Shown: piece by piece, positions 46,668-54,767 of the stretch
Numbering within the stretch: the stretch's first letter is position 1
Layout: every line of letters begins with the position of its first letter
Virus genome (UHGV): UHGV-1451962
Direction: 5' to 3' (one strand)
DNA length: 64,000 nt
From: a virus
The notes under the pieces: generated by a model
What the model saw: the letters and a program-made list of their open reading frames with translations, nothing else
Databases searched by the model: none
What the model was told of the DNA's origin: nothing
Made by a program: the position numbers and the translations under genes

Positions 46668-47900
46668 TTATTCTCCTTCCTTACTTATTATATAATATCC
46701 ATCCTTATATTTTTGAACATATCCGTCCAATAAATATTTTTCAGGAACTTGATGATTAAATTTACCACCTTTAATAATTATTTGCGCGGTTTCATCATCT
46801 ATTTTAAAATTGGATTCTCCGTTAGAATCAAAAGTACCGCCATTAATATAGGTTGTAGCTTTATTTATATTATCATTTAGTTTTCTAACTCTTAGATTAT
46901 AACTTCCATCGTCAATAGAAAAAATACCATCATTGATAGTTAATTCAAAACCATTATGTAAAATAGTTCCGAAAAAGTTACCATTATTTAATATAGCCTT
47001 AGAATTATCATCATTTTTAATAATATAAATTTTACTAATAAAAGTACCGCCATCAATAGTAAGAGAAGGATATTGTTTATTAGTTCCTTCGACATATTGG
47101 GCATTATAATCAGTATAACCATTTTCTATCATACTAGATAAATTGCCAGGAGAGCTAAAAACGCCATCTGTAATATTTAAATCACCATGATTTACTACTA
47201 CATAAAAACCATTGTTTTTTTCATCAATAGATTTAAGATAAGAACCATTCTCAATAATAGTAGTTCCATCATTAGATAACACAGGAGTAGCATGTTTGTT
47301 GCACTCTACTGTTCCTTCACCTTTTAAAGTTACTATTCCATTACTATTTATTGTTATTGGTGTTTTATCATTATTTAAAATATAAGCAGAATTTAAATCT
47401 AAAGAAATTTGTTTATTAATTTCAATAGTAGATAAATTTTTTGTAATAGTAATAGTATCAGTAGGAGAGGCAGCTGCGATTGCTTCTTCTATTGTTGCAT
47501 AATTTTTACCATCAATAGTACAAGAACTTTGCTCCTCAGAAGAATCTTTTATAACTTCTTGAGATGCACTTGCAGGAACCCATTCGCCTTTTGTCTGTAT
47601 ATATAAAACACCTTTAACAATACAAAAAGTATTTTCTTTTACGCTTGCGGGATCCGGTAAAGTTTCTTGCACGCCAGTAAATTTAGCCGCTTCTTCTGGA
47701 AGAACTATATTCTCAGTAATATATTTTAAATCATTATAACGAGTTACACCATCACCAATTTTTAGTTTTCCTGATTCTCCTACTTTTTCAGGATATTCAT
47801 AACAAGGTTCGCCATATCTTAATAATAAATTTTTATTAGATAAAGCAGTTTTAGAACCACGTCTAATTTGGAAAATAGTATTTAAAATAACTTCAGCCAT
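46668..47900 (-). CDS. Tail fibre / receptor-binding protein
   Basis: N-terminus IFQIRRGSKTALSNKNLLLRYGEPCYEYPEKVGESGKLKIGDGVTRYNDLKY matches phage tail-fibre N-terminal domain pattern; Asn/Gly/Thr-rich repetitive body. Confidence 0.55.
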   Translation of the reverse strand: MAEVILNTIFQIRRGSKTALSNKNLLLRYGEPCYEYPEKVGESGKLKIGDGVTRYNDLKYITENIVLPEEAAKFTGVQETLPDPASVKENTFCIVKGVLYIQTKGEWVPASASQEVIKDSSEEQSSCTIDGKNYATIEEAIAAASPTDTITITKNLSTIEINKQISLDLNSAYILNNDKTPITINSNGIVTLKGEGTVECNKHATPVLSNDGTTIIENGSYLKSIDEKNNGFYVVVNHGDLNITDGVFSSPGNLSSMIENGYTDYNAQYVEGTNKQYPSLTIDGGTFISKIYIIKNDDNSKAILNNGNFFGTILHNGFELTINDGIFSIDDGSYNLRVRKLNDNINKATTYINGGTFDSNGESNFKIDDETAQIIIKGGKFNHQVPEKYLLDGYVQKYKDGYYIISKEGE

Positions 47901-47959
47901 TTAATATAATTAACTCCTTTCTTTAAAAAATAGTTAATATATGTAAAATAGAAAAGAAG

Positions 47960-48229
47960 TTAAGTTACTTCTCCACCATCATATATGTAAGTATTGTCAG
48001 GTGAAGGTGAATCTCCGCCACCACTTCCGCCAGAATTTTTTTGTAAAATCCATTCTTTTGAACTATTTAACATATATCTTTCTGAAGTAGAGATAACTAA
48101 AGCTTCACTTCCTGTGGCGTAATTCTTATAATTATCTAAATTAGGTATATCAGCTTTTGTATCACAAAGAAGTCTAATAGTTCCATAAGCTTTTCCACCT
48201 AAATTAAATTTACTATCTATAGTAATCAT
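47960..48229 (-). CDS. hypothetical protein
   Basis: 89 aa, Gly/Ser-rich C-terminus; first gene after conserved upstream element copy B. Confidence 0.4.
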   Translation of the reverse strand: MITIDSKFNLGGKAYGTIRLLCDTKADIPNLDNYKNYATGSEALVISTSERYMLNSSKEWILQKNSGGSGGGDSPSPDNTYIYDGGEVT

Positions 48230-48327
48230 TTAAATTACTCCTTTCTTTTAAAAGTTTAGTTTAAATTTATCCCTTCTATTTTTTTTAAAATTTAAGTAAA
48301 TTCTTAAAATATCTTTGACCAAGAAAA

Positions 48328-48385
48328 AAATTACTAAACTCCATTTTAATTTGCCCGTGTCCGCGCCGGCCTGTTTTCTGCATAA
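48328..48385 (-). promoter_or_regulatory. Conserved ~60-nt upstream element, copy B
   Basis: Minus strand ...GGCCGGCGCGGACACGGGCAAATTAAAATGGAGTTTAGTAATTT; 24-nt core identical to copy A. Confidence 0.4.
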
Positions 48386-48390
48386 AAAAA

Positions 48391-48415
48391 TACCTCAAGT
48401 TTTAAACTTGAGGTA
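48391..48415. terminator. Bidirectional rho-independent terminator hairpin
   Basis: TACCTCAAGTTT/AAACTTGAGGTA flanked by A7 and T5. Confidence 0.55.
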
Positions 48416-48465
48416 TTTTTCAGAAAGGGGGAGTTTTAAAAGTAAGCTACTTAAAATAGCTAAAA

Positions 48466-48541
48466 TGGCAGCGGCAGTTGGATTTGAACCAACGGATATA
48501 CGGGTCAAAGCCGTACGTCTTAACCACTTGACTATGCCGCT
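48466..48541 (-). tRNA. tRNA-Gln (anticodon TTG)
   Basis: Acceptor AGCGGCA/TGCCGCT, anticodon arm TACGG-CTTTGAC-CCGTA, T-arm GTTGGTTCAAATCCAAC, CCA. Confidence 0.75.
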
Positions 48542-48559
48542 ATATCAAGATGCTATTAA

Positions 48560-48680
48560 TAAACCTTATAGAAATATATTTACTATATAGTATTTTAATA
48601 AACTTTATAGAAATATATTTACTATAATATACTATTTTTATAAACCCTATAAAAATATATTTGTAATAATTATTGCTGGA
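48560..48680. repeat. Three ~38-bp imperfect direct repeats (iteron-like)
   Basis: aaccttatagaaatatatttactata... repeated three times. Confidence 0.5.
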
Positions 48681-48886
48681 AGCATCTTATAAAGAAGAAA
48701 GAAAGGATAAAATAAGAAAAAACTAGACACAAAAAATTTCTTGTAAGTCTCATTATATTAAAGAAATTTTCACAAAAGATAATATAAATCATTGACATAC
48801 TTTTTCATTAAATGGAGCTGTTAATAGGGCCACAGCAAGCCGCAAATTATAATATCAGTATTATAAAATTGCTGTATGTGTCTAAA

Positions 48887-48962
48887 TGGTAGAAAATGTC
48901 AGATTTGAACTGCGACTCTAGCTCCCAAAGCTAGCGTGTTACCAGATTACACTACATTCTCT
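48887..48962 (-). tRNA. tRNA-Pro (anticodon TGG), irregular T-stem
   Basis: Acceptor AGAGAAT/ATTTTCT, anticodon arm CTAGC-TTTGGGA-GCTAG, T-loop TTCAAAT, CCA. Confidence 0.6.
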
Positions 48963-49056
48963 TGGCGGAAACGGTGGGTGCCGACCCCACTCGCCTATTT
49001 TCATAGACCTAACGGTTTAGCAAACCGTCCTCTTTGCCAACATTGAGTACATTTCC
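48963..49056 (-). tRNA. tRNA-Ser (anticodon GCT), class II, non-canonical T-loop
   Basis: Acceptor GGAAATG/CGTTTCC, anticodon arm ACGGT-TTGCTAA-ACCGT, variable-arm hairpin with GAAA loop, T-arm GTGGG-GTCGGCA-CCCAC, CCA. Confidence 0.55.
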
Positions 49057-49175
49057 ATATAAATTAGAAATAATTATCTATCACTAATAGTAATTACTTC
49101 ATCAGAAAAAATCATATCATCCAAATCCATAAGGCAGCTCTCCTTTCTATATTTAATTTTTGCTAGACTCTTTTA

Positions 49176-49250
49176 AACCAGAAATGGGAATCGAACCCAT
49201 ATTTTTACCTTTTCAAGGGTAATGTCTTAACCTTTTGACTATTTCAGAAT
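49176..49250 (-). tRNA. Atypical tRNA-like element (possible pseudo-tRNA or expanded-anticodon-loop tRNA)
   Basis: Canonical T-arm ATGGGTTCGATTCCCAT but apparent 8-nt anticodon loop CTTGAAAA on TTACC/GGTAA stem, poorly paired acceptor, no CCA. Confidence 0.35.
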
Positions 49251-49278
49251 TAAAGAATTTTTGCTGTATGAGTCTATA

Positions 49279-49352
49279 TGGATGCAGACTTTGGAATCGA
49301 ACCAAAATAACTTAGCTTATGAGACTAAGCGGAGAACCAACTCTGCCTGCAA
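49279..49352 (-). tRNA. tRNA-Met/Ile (anticodon CAT), short D-arm
   Basis: Acceptor TGCAGGC/GTCTGCA, anticodon arm TTAGT-CTCATAA-GCTAA, T-arm TTTGGTTCGATTCCAAA, CCA. Confidence 0.6.
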
Positions 49353-49430
49353 TATATAAACAAGACACTTGTATTAAAATTTTATGCCATTTTTTATTAT
49401 AAAATAAATTGCTGTATGTGTCTTTTGTTA

Positions 49431-49506
49431 TGGTACTCCTAGCGGGCTACGATCCCGCGACTCTAGCTTGAAGGGCTAGCGACTTAGCCTACTTGTCGAT
49501 AGGAGC
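49431..49506 (-). tRNA. tRNA-Glu (anticodon TTC), variant T-loop
   Basis: Acceptor GCTCCTA/TAGGAGT, anticodon arm CTAGC-CCTTCAA-GCTAG, T-arm GCGGG-ATCGTAG-CCCGC, CCA. Confidence 0.6.
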
Positions 49507-49517
49507 TAATTAATATA

Positions 49518-49594
49518 TGGCGGATCCAGTTCGACTTGAACGAACAACCCACGGATTAACAGTCCGTTGCGCTAACCAATTACGCTATGGATCC
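49518..49594 (-). tRNA. tRNA-Asn (anticodon GTT)
   Basis: Acceptor GGATCCA/TGGATCC, anticodon arm ACGGA-CTGTTAA-TCCGT, T-arm GTTCGTTCAAGTCGAAC, CCA. Confidence 0.75.
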
Positions 49595-49789
49595 AAATTT
49601 CTTTTTTCTTTTAAAGGAACCTTTACCCTTTTTAGGTTTTACTTTACTACCTCTGCGGCGAAACTGCAAATACTCTTGAAGTTCATCGCCATTCTTTTTC
49701 GCCCATAAATTCTTGTTCTTCTGTTTCTTCATAATCATTCTCCTGATTGGTAACACTACCAACTTCATCAGATTGAATCTCGCAATCAA
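49580..49789 (-). CDS. hypothetical small Lys/Arg-rich protein (first gene of tRNA array 2 transcript)
   Basis: 69-aa ORF, about one-third K/R, preceded by consensus promoter; 3' end overlaps tRNA-Asn by ~15 nt. Confidence 0.35.
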   Translation of the reverse strand: MIARFNLMKLVVLPIRRMIMKKQKNKNLWAKKNGDELQEYLQFRRRGSKVKPKKGKGSFKRKKKFGSIA

Positions 49790-49834
49790 AGGAATCCCAG
49801 TAAAACATTAAATCAACCTCAACTTTCTATAAAT

Positions 49835-49863
49835 ATTATATCATAAAATTTTTAATTTTTCAA
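49835..49863 (-). promoter_or_regulatory. Sigma-70-type promoter (TTGAAA-N17-TGnTATAAT)
   Basis: Reverse complement TTGAAA, 17 nt, TGATATAAT. Confidence 0.55.
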
Positions 49864-49927
49864 ATTGAGATTTACTAGACAGTTTTAAACAAAATAAATA
49901 CCTTACCAATAGGCTACTTTACAGACT

Positions 49928-49961
49928 TGTAAAGACAGGAATCGAACCTGCATGTCATTAC
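49928..49961 (-). ncRNA. tRNA minihelix-like element (acceptor stem plus T-arm only)
   Basis: Minus strand GTAATGA-CATG-CAGGTTCGATTCCTG-TCTTTAC: canonical T-arm between 7-nt complementary arms, no D or anticodon arm. Confidence 0.3.
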
Positions 49962-49989
49962 TTATATAAATATTGCTGTGTCTGTCTAA

Positions 49990-50071
49990 TGGTGTTGGAT
50001 AAGAGACTCGAACTCTTACGCTTGTGCGGTAGCTTCTAAGGCTACTATGTCTACCATTCCATCAATCCAAC
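49990..50071 (-). tRNA. tRNA-Leu (anticodon TAG), class II
   Basis: Acceptor GTTGGAT/ATCCAAC, anticodon arm GTAGC-CTTAGAA-GCTAC, long variable arm, T-arm GAGTTCGAGTCTC, CCA. Confidence 0.7.
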
Positions 50072-50140
50072 ATTTCTTTGGTTAATCTTATATAAATATT
50101 ATATCATATTTATTAATTAAAGTCAACCAAAAATTTTTAA

Positions 50141-50170
50141 CGGTTTTAATTTCTTTAAGACCGCGAACTT
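50141..50170. repeat. Direct repeat flanking tRNA(TAA), copy 1
   Basis: cggttttaatttctttaagaccgcgaactt, resembling copy at 50281. Confidence 0.4.
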
Positions 50171-50197
50171 AAAATTAAATCGCACAATATTCTGCGC

Positions 50198-50276
50198 TGG
50201 TAGCACTGATGGGACTCGAACCCACACTGAATAGATTTTAAGTCTACTGCCTGCTTCCAATTGGGCTACAGTGCCA
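50198..50276 (-). tRNA. Class I tRNA with anticodon TAA (short variable arm; identity uncertain)
   Basis: Acceptor GGCACTG/CAGTGCT, anticodon arm GTAGA-CTTAAAA-TCTAT, 5-nt variable loop, T-arm GTGGGTTCGAGTCCCAT, CCA. Confidence 0.55.
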
Positions 50277-50280
50277 TATG

Positions 50281-50310
50281 CGGTTTTACAATTTAGACCG
50301 CAAACTAAAA
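50281..50310. repeat. Direct repeat flanking tRNA(TAA), copy 2
   Basis: cggttttacaatttagaccgcaaactaaaa. Confidence 0.4.
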
Positions 50311-50506
50311 GATATAATTTAAAAGTTAATATAAAAGTGAAAAAGTTTTAGTTAATAACATTGATACTCGGTTGCCTAAAAGTAATTCCACGTGATTTTC
50401 TATCACTCTTTCTAAATGTAAATCAAACGTTGATTGTAGCAAAGGGAGGGATTCAAATGACGCAACATTTAAATACATCAAACTTTTATTACATTTAAAT
50501 TATTAA

Positions 50507-50582
50507 TGGTAGTGCTGTTGGGATTTGAACCCACGTCTAGCGATTATAAGTCACTGGCTCTAACCTACTGAGCTACAACACT
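50507..50582 (-). tRNA. tRNA-Ile (anticodon TAT)
   Basis: Acceptor AGTGTTG/CAGCACT, D-arm GCTCAGTAGGTTAGAGC, anticodon arm AGTGA-CTTATAA-TCGCT, T-loop TTCAAAT, CCA. Confidence 0.7.
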
Positions 50583-50814
50583 ATATAAGGTTCTTTTTCG
50601 ATTTTAGAAGTCACCAATCATTGAACCTTAGTATTTATGTTTCGCTCTTCAGCGAAAGGTGTTTTATCTTCTTGGTTAAGCCGTAGCCTTGTGACCCATC
50701 CGTGAACCTCACCTATGAACCTTCTTTTTAAGAGTGAAGTTTAGGTAGTAATATCTCTCAAGTAATTTTGATTGGTTAGTATAGAAAATATTGTATTTCT
50801 TATTTTCTATTAAT

Positions 50815-50843
50815 ATTATATCATAATTTTTTTATAAAATCAA
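50815..50843 (-). promoter_or_regulatory. Sigma-70-type promoter (TTGATT-N17-TGnTATAAT)
   Basis: Reverse complement TTGATT, 17 nt, TGATATAAT; ~230-nt structured leader precedes tRNA-Ile. Confidence 0.5.
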
Positions 50844-51152
50844 TTAATCAACAATGCCCAGAGTTTCCTTTAATCTTTTGATTGTCTCAGCATCTTCATC
50901 ACTAATTTCCGCAGTCTTAACTTCCTTCTCAGTCCAATCATTTGGATTACCAGTGGTAATATTTCGATTAGTAGAACCACCAGTAACAGGTGTCTTTGGC
51001 ATTGTCAAACTAATAGCGAATTGAATAGTTTCGCCACCTTCATGACCATTCACATAAATCTTCTTATTGTCAATACAGCAGAAATCATCACCAAAAACAT
51101 CAACAATCTTCTGCATTACCTGTTCTCTTGCTTTGTCACCACGTCTAGCCAT
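50844..51152 (-). CDS. hypothetical protein
   Basis: 102-aa ORF after promoter 51185. Confidence 0.45.
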   Translation of the reverse strand: MARRGDKAREQVMQKIVDVFGDDFCCIDNKKIYVNGHEGGETIQFAISLTMPKTPVTGGSTNRNITTGNPNDWTEKEVKTAEISDEDAETIKRLKETLGIVD

Positions 51153-51184
51153 TATTTTTATTCCTTTCTTAACTTTGTATATAT

Positions 51185-51213
51185 ATTATATCATTTATTT
51201 TTTAAATTTTCAA
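51185..51213 (-). promoter_or_regulatory. Sigma-70-type promoter (TTGAAA-N17-TGnTATAAT)
   Basis: Reverse complement TTGAAA, 17 nt, TGATATAAT. Confidence 0.55.
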
Positions 51214-51214
51214 A

Positions 51215-51520
51215 TTAATTTTCTTTTAAATCAATAATCTCAAAATAAGACTTATCAACAACAAATTCATTAACTAAAAAATTTACTACCTTTTCAGCTT
51301 CTTCTTTAGAAGAAAAATGTTTTGCACAACTAAAAATAGTTATTATATCGTGAAAATTTTTACCAATATAATTATCTAAAAATTTAATAACATAATCTTT
51401 TTCATATTCTTTAAAAAGAAACTCTGGAGATTTTTCTAATATGACAAAAGTATTATAATAAGGATCATAAAGAAGATAATCATTAATCAAAAGACGATAC
51501 TCTACTCCATTAATATTCAA
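51215..51520 (-). CDS. hypothetical protein (TTG start per ORF track)
   Basis: 101-aa ORF; frame stays open upstream to TAA at 51581-51583 without an ATG. Confidence 0.4.
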   Translation of the reverse strand: MNINGVEYRLLINDYLLYDPYYNTFVILEKSPEFLFKEYEKDYVIKFLDNYIGKNFHDIITIFSCAKHFSSKEEAEKVVNFLVNEFVVDKSYFEIIDLKEN

Positions 51521-51701
51521 AATAATTTTATTACTTTCATTATTATCAGCAATATAATAATCAATATCTGAAACATTTGATTAATAAAATCTTTTAAATA
51601 AAAAATGGCTGAAATTTTAACCAAAATATAATGCCATTTAAAACTTTTACTTCATGCTCTTTTACAGTCATATTTTATTCCTTTCTTAATTTTTTAAATA
51701 T

Positions 51702-51730
51702 ATTATAATATATTTTTATTAAAAATTCAA
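51702..51730 (-). promoter_or_regulatory. Sigma-70-type promoter (TTGAAT-N17-TATAAT)
   Basis: Reverse complement TTGAAT, 17 nt, TATAAT. Confidence 0.45.
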
Positions 51731-53023
51731 TTGACGTTCAAATGATTTAATTTCTCGCCAACAAGAATTACAATAAATACCCTCTTCTTCTTGTCTATAA
51801 CTTTGTTTATCTTCTAAATTTATTCTTTTTCCACAACAAGAGCAAATTGGATATAAATTTCCTTCAGCATTATATTTTTCTGCACAAGTATCACAAATAA
51901 AGCTCGCCGAATTATTTACTTTTCTGCCACATCCACAAGTGCAAGCAACAGGATAACCAATTTTAGTTAAAAATAAATCTATTGTCTTTTGCTTATCTTT
52001 GCTATAATAATATTTATATTTTTTGTTAATACTAACTTGTGTTTGATGAAATGAAGAATATACAATATCATTATAATTCAACGAATTTTCTGGAATATCA
52101 ATTAATTCTAAAGTATCAAAAACTTTATTATTTAATGCCATATAATTATGGTCTAAATCAATACAATTATCTTGATTTAAATTAATTTGGTCAAAAGTAA
52201 CTTCTTTAGGAGGCATAAAATCTCTATCATAAAATAATTTATTATAAACTAAATCTAATAAATTTTTATTATAAGAAGGGTATTGTCTTCCATAATAAAT
52301 TATATTATCATTTTGATTTATATGAATTAACATTCTCCATTTTTTATTATAAACTTTAATAAATTTTGGTAAACAATCTACATTGATTTTTTCTTCATTT
52401 GCTAAAAATACAATAATAGTAGATGGATCATTCATATAACTAATATTTCCTGCACGATAATCACCGTCTAATGAATGACAAGAACGCCAATTGCAATTAT
52501 TCTCACTAGAAGTTAAAAATTCAAATGGATCAATAGAAGCAAATAAATACCCAGAAATTTTTTGTGTTTGAATTAACTCACTTGCCATATCCTGGATTTT
52601 TCTAAGCTTTTGTTTATCTTTAACAAAATACTTAAAAGATTTAATAATTTTACTTCCACGTTTTACAATATTTAAAAAATCTGAAGTAACAATATTAGAA
52701 TAAAAATTATTTACATTATCACTAAGAAAATCATAAAAATTATAATATAGTTCTACTTCACTATCTGGAGCATCTTCAGATGGTTCCAGCAAATTCATAA
52801 CTTTATCAATAAATTCAAAAAAACTATCTCTTCTAAAGGTTTCATCAAGAGTAATAGATACTGGTTCATCAGTTAATTGTAAAGTAATTTTTTCGTTCAA
52901 ATATTCTTTATTCAATTTAGCTTTATTAATTTCCCAAGAAGTAATTATTTCTTCACAGTCAAGAGGAAAAGAATAATTTTGAGAATATTTAATTGCCGCT
53001 TCCAGTGATTTCTGTAAATTCAA
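51719..53023 (-). CDS. Large zinc-ribbon protein, paralogue of ORF 55129..56784, function unknown
   Basis: 434 aa; shared core KISGYL..SIDPF...NCNWRSCHSLDGDYRAG...KKWRMLIHI; C-terminal CTCGCG...CDTC...CSCCG...CNSC. Confidence 0.6.
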   Translation of the reverse strand: MNLQKSLEAAIKYSQNYSFPLDCEEIITSWEINKAKLNKEYLNEKITLQLTDEPVSITLDETFRRDSFFEFIDKVMNLLEPSEDAPDSEVELYYNFYDFLSDNVNNFYSNIVTSDFLNIVKRGSKIIKSFKYFVKDKQKLRKIQDMASELIQTQKISGYLFASIDPFEFLTSSENNCNWRSCHSLDGDYRAGNISYMNDPSTIIVFLANEEKINVDCLPKFIKVYNKKWRMLIHINQNDNIIYYGRQYPSYNKNLLDLVYNKLFYDRDFMPPKEVTFDQINLNQDNCIDLDHNYMALNNKVFDTLELIDIPENSLNYNDIVYSSFHQTQVSINKKYKYYYSKDKQKTIDLFLTKIGYPVACTCGCGRKVNNSASFICDTCAEKYNAEGNLYPICSCCGKRINLEDKQSYRQEEEGIYCNSCWREIKSFERQLNF

Positions 53024-53714
53024 AGTTTTTTGTCCTCTTTTCTTCTAAAATTAAACAAACCTTATCAATAGTATCAAATAAAGCTGGGTAATAAAGCATT
53101 TCCGCATAACTATGTTCATTAAAATAACCAACAGAAAGATTAACTGCGGGAATATCCCAAATTGGGCCTAGAATACAAATATCTGTAAATACACCTACCG
53201 CAGTTTCAAATCCATAATTATTGATATAATTTTCAAAATCAATGTTATTTAATGAATAATATACTGCATCTTTTGTTCCTTGGCGGTCTAGCTCAATAAG
53301 CATTTCAAAATTGGTGAAAGGTTTTGGAAAATCTTTAGTCAGTTGATAAGCACCTAAACCGCCATTTTCCTCATCGCAACAAAAAATTACAGTAGGCTTA
53401 TAACCACATTCTAAAATATTTAAAATAGCAAAAACGCCCGCTCTATCATCTGCACCTAAACCATTTGTTCCCCAAATAATATTATATTCTGGATCATGAA
53501 AAATCTGTTTAGGTGGTTCTGGATATACAGTGTCTAAATGAGCAACTAAAGCTACTGGGATATCACCTTTAGCGCAAATATAATTGTTGGTAATAATAAT
53601 ATCTTCTTTGCGGTAGATAGCATTAAGCGCTTTAGGCAAAAATTCTAATAGTTCATGCTGTGTAGATTGTAACAACTTTTTTAAAAACTTATAATCATAA
53701 TTATTTAGTTTCAT
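52989..53714 (-). CDS. Putative Zn-dependent peptidase-like protein (M42/M28-type motifs)
   Basis: VALVAHLDTV and GLGADDRAGV resemble metal-ligand motifs of M42/M20 aminopeptidases; only 241 aa. Confidence 0.4.
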   Translation of the reverse strand: MKLNNYDYKFLKKLLQSTQHELLEFLPKALNAIYRKEDIIITNNYICAKGDIPVALVAHLDTVYPEPPKQIFHDPEYNIIWGTNGLGADDRAGVFAILNILECGYKPTVIFCCDEENGGLGAYQLTKDFPKPFTNFEMLIELDRQGTKDAVYYSLNNIDFENYINNYGFETAVGVFTDICILGPIWDIPAVNLSVGYFNEHSYAEMLYYPALFDTIDKVCLILEEKRTKNFEFTEITGSGN

Positions 53715-53737
53715 ATCATCCCCATCTTTCTTATTTG

Positions 53738-53772
53738 TTTTATAAAACTCACCAAAGGTGAGTTTTATAAAA
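53738..53772 (-). terminator. Rho-independent terminator hairpin
   Basis: TTTTATAAAACTCACC/GGTGAGTTTTATAAAA; same core as 23948. Confidence 0.5.
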
Positions 53773-53823
53773 CTTATTATTTCTTTTATTATATAAATAT
53801 TATATTATATTTTTTAAAGAAAA

Positions 53824-54600
53824 TCAATTTTTTTCTGTCAAACTAATATATTCATTCATTTTATTAGAAATTAAAATTGCGTTTCTACATAAATGACAAG
53901 AAATATCTGGTTCTTGACATCTCTGTCCGCAATTCAATCTGTTTGAACAAAAACTATTTGCAATATAAATATTATTAGTTGGTAAATTTAGTTGTCTAAT
54001 TAAATTATTTAAATCAAAAGGAAAAATCTTTCTTTTATAAATATTGAATAAAGTTTCTTCTGCATCTTTGCTGTTATCTCTAAAGTCTAAAATATCTATA
54101 TATTTAGAATAATTATCTATATCTTCTGGTCGAATATAAAAAGAATTTTCATTATCTGAAGATGCCCATTGCGCGTTTGGCGACATATGCGGAGTGACCC
54201 TAATCTTTATTTTTCCTTTTGCTTTTCCAATTTTTTCCATTTGGAATCCTAAAGCTCCGTCAATATAAATATCTGAAACTCCAATATTTTTTAAATTATT
54301 AAAAGTTTCCCAATCTGAAACCGGCAAATCTAAATATACATTATAGCCTTTTGCTTTTAATTTCCGCAAATCTTGGAAATTAATTACAGCTATTGTATAA
54401 TCTTTTGCCACTTCTTTAATGAAATCAATTTGTTCATCCAATTTTTTTTCAGATAATTCACCCATATTAGTGTATTGAATATTACATCTAATATCTGGAT
54501 TTTCTTTAATTAAATCAAAAATGTCTCCCAATCTATTTACTTGACATTTGATTTCATCTGGCATTAATTTTTTTAGTCTTGTATTTAAACTATATAACAT
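53824..54600 (-). CDS. hypothetical protein with C-terminal Cys cluster
   Basis: 258 aa; CSNRLNCGQRCQEPDISCHLC; first gene after conserved upstream element copy C. Confidence 0.45.
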   Translation of the reverse strand: MLYSLNTRLKKLMPDEIKCQVNRLGDIFDLIKENPDIRCNIQYTNMGELSEKKLDEQIDFIKEVAKDYTIAVINFQDLRKLKAKGYNVYLDLPVSDWETFNNLKNIGVSDIYIDGALGFQMEKIGKAKGKIKIRVTPHMSPNAQWASSDNENSFYIRPEDIDNYSKYIDILDFRDNSKDAEETLFNIYKRKIFPFDLNNLIRQLNLPTNNIYIANSFCSNRLNCGQRCQEPDISCHLCRNAILISNKMNEYISLTEKN

Positions 54601-54624
54601 TGTTATTCTCCTTTATCTTTTAAA

Positions 54625-54687
54625 AATTTGTTAAAGCCATTTTTATTCGCACGTCTCCGCCCCGGCATAAGCCAAGCTAAAAGTTTC
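54625..54687 (-). promoter_or_regulatory. Conserved ~60-nt upstream element, copy C
   Basis: Minus strand GAAACTTTTAGCTTGGCTTATGCCGGGGCGGAGACGTGCGAATAAAAATGGCTTTAACAAATTT; aligns with copies A and B. Confidence 0.4.
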
Positions 54688-54735
54688 AAACTTTATTTTT
54701 AGCAAAAAATATGTTATTATAATTATGGTAATAAA

Positions 54736-54761
54736 AAAGAGGAGAAAAAATTCTCCTCTTT
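54736..54761. terminator. Bidirectional rho-independent terminator hairpin
   Basis: AGAGGAGAAAAAATTCTCCTCT. Confidence 0.5.
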
Positions 54762-54767
54762 ATCTTC

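Noticed and set aside
48315-49708. Plus-strand ORFs 48315..48590 and 49517..49708 over tRNA array 2
   Set aside because: They overlap tRNA-Gln and tRNA-Asn on the opposite strand and lack an RBS.
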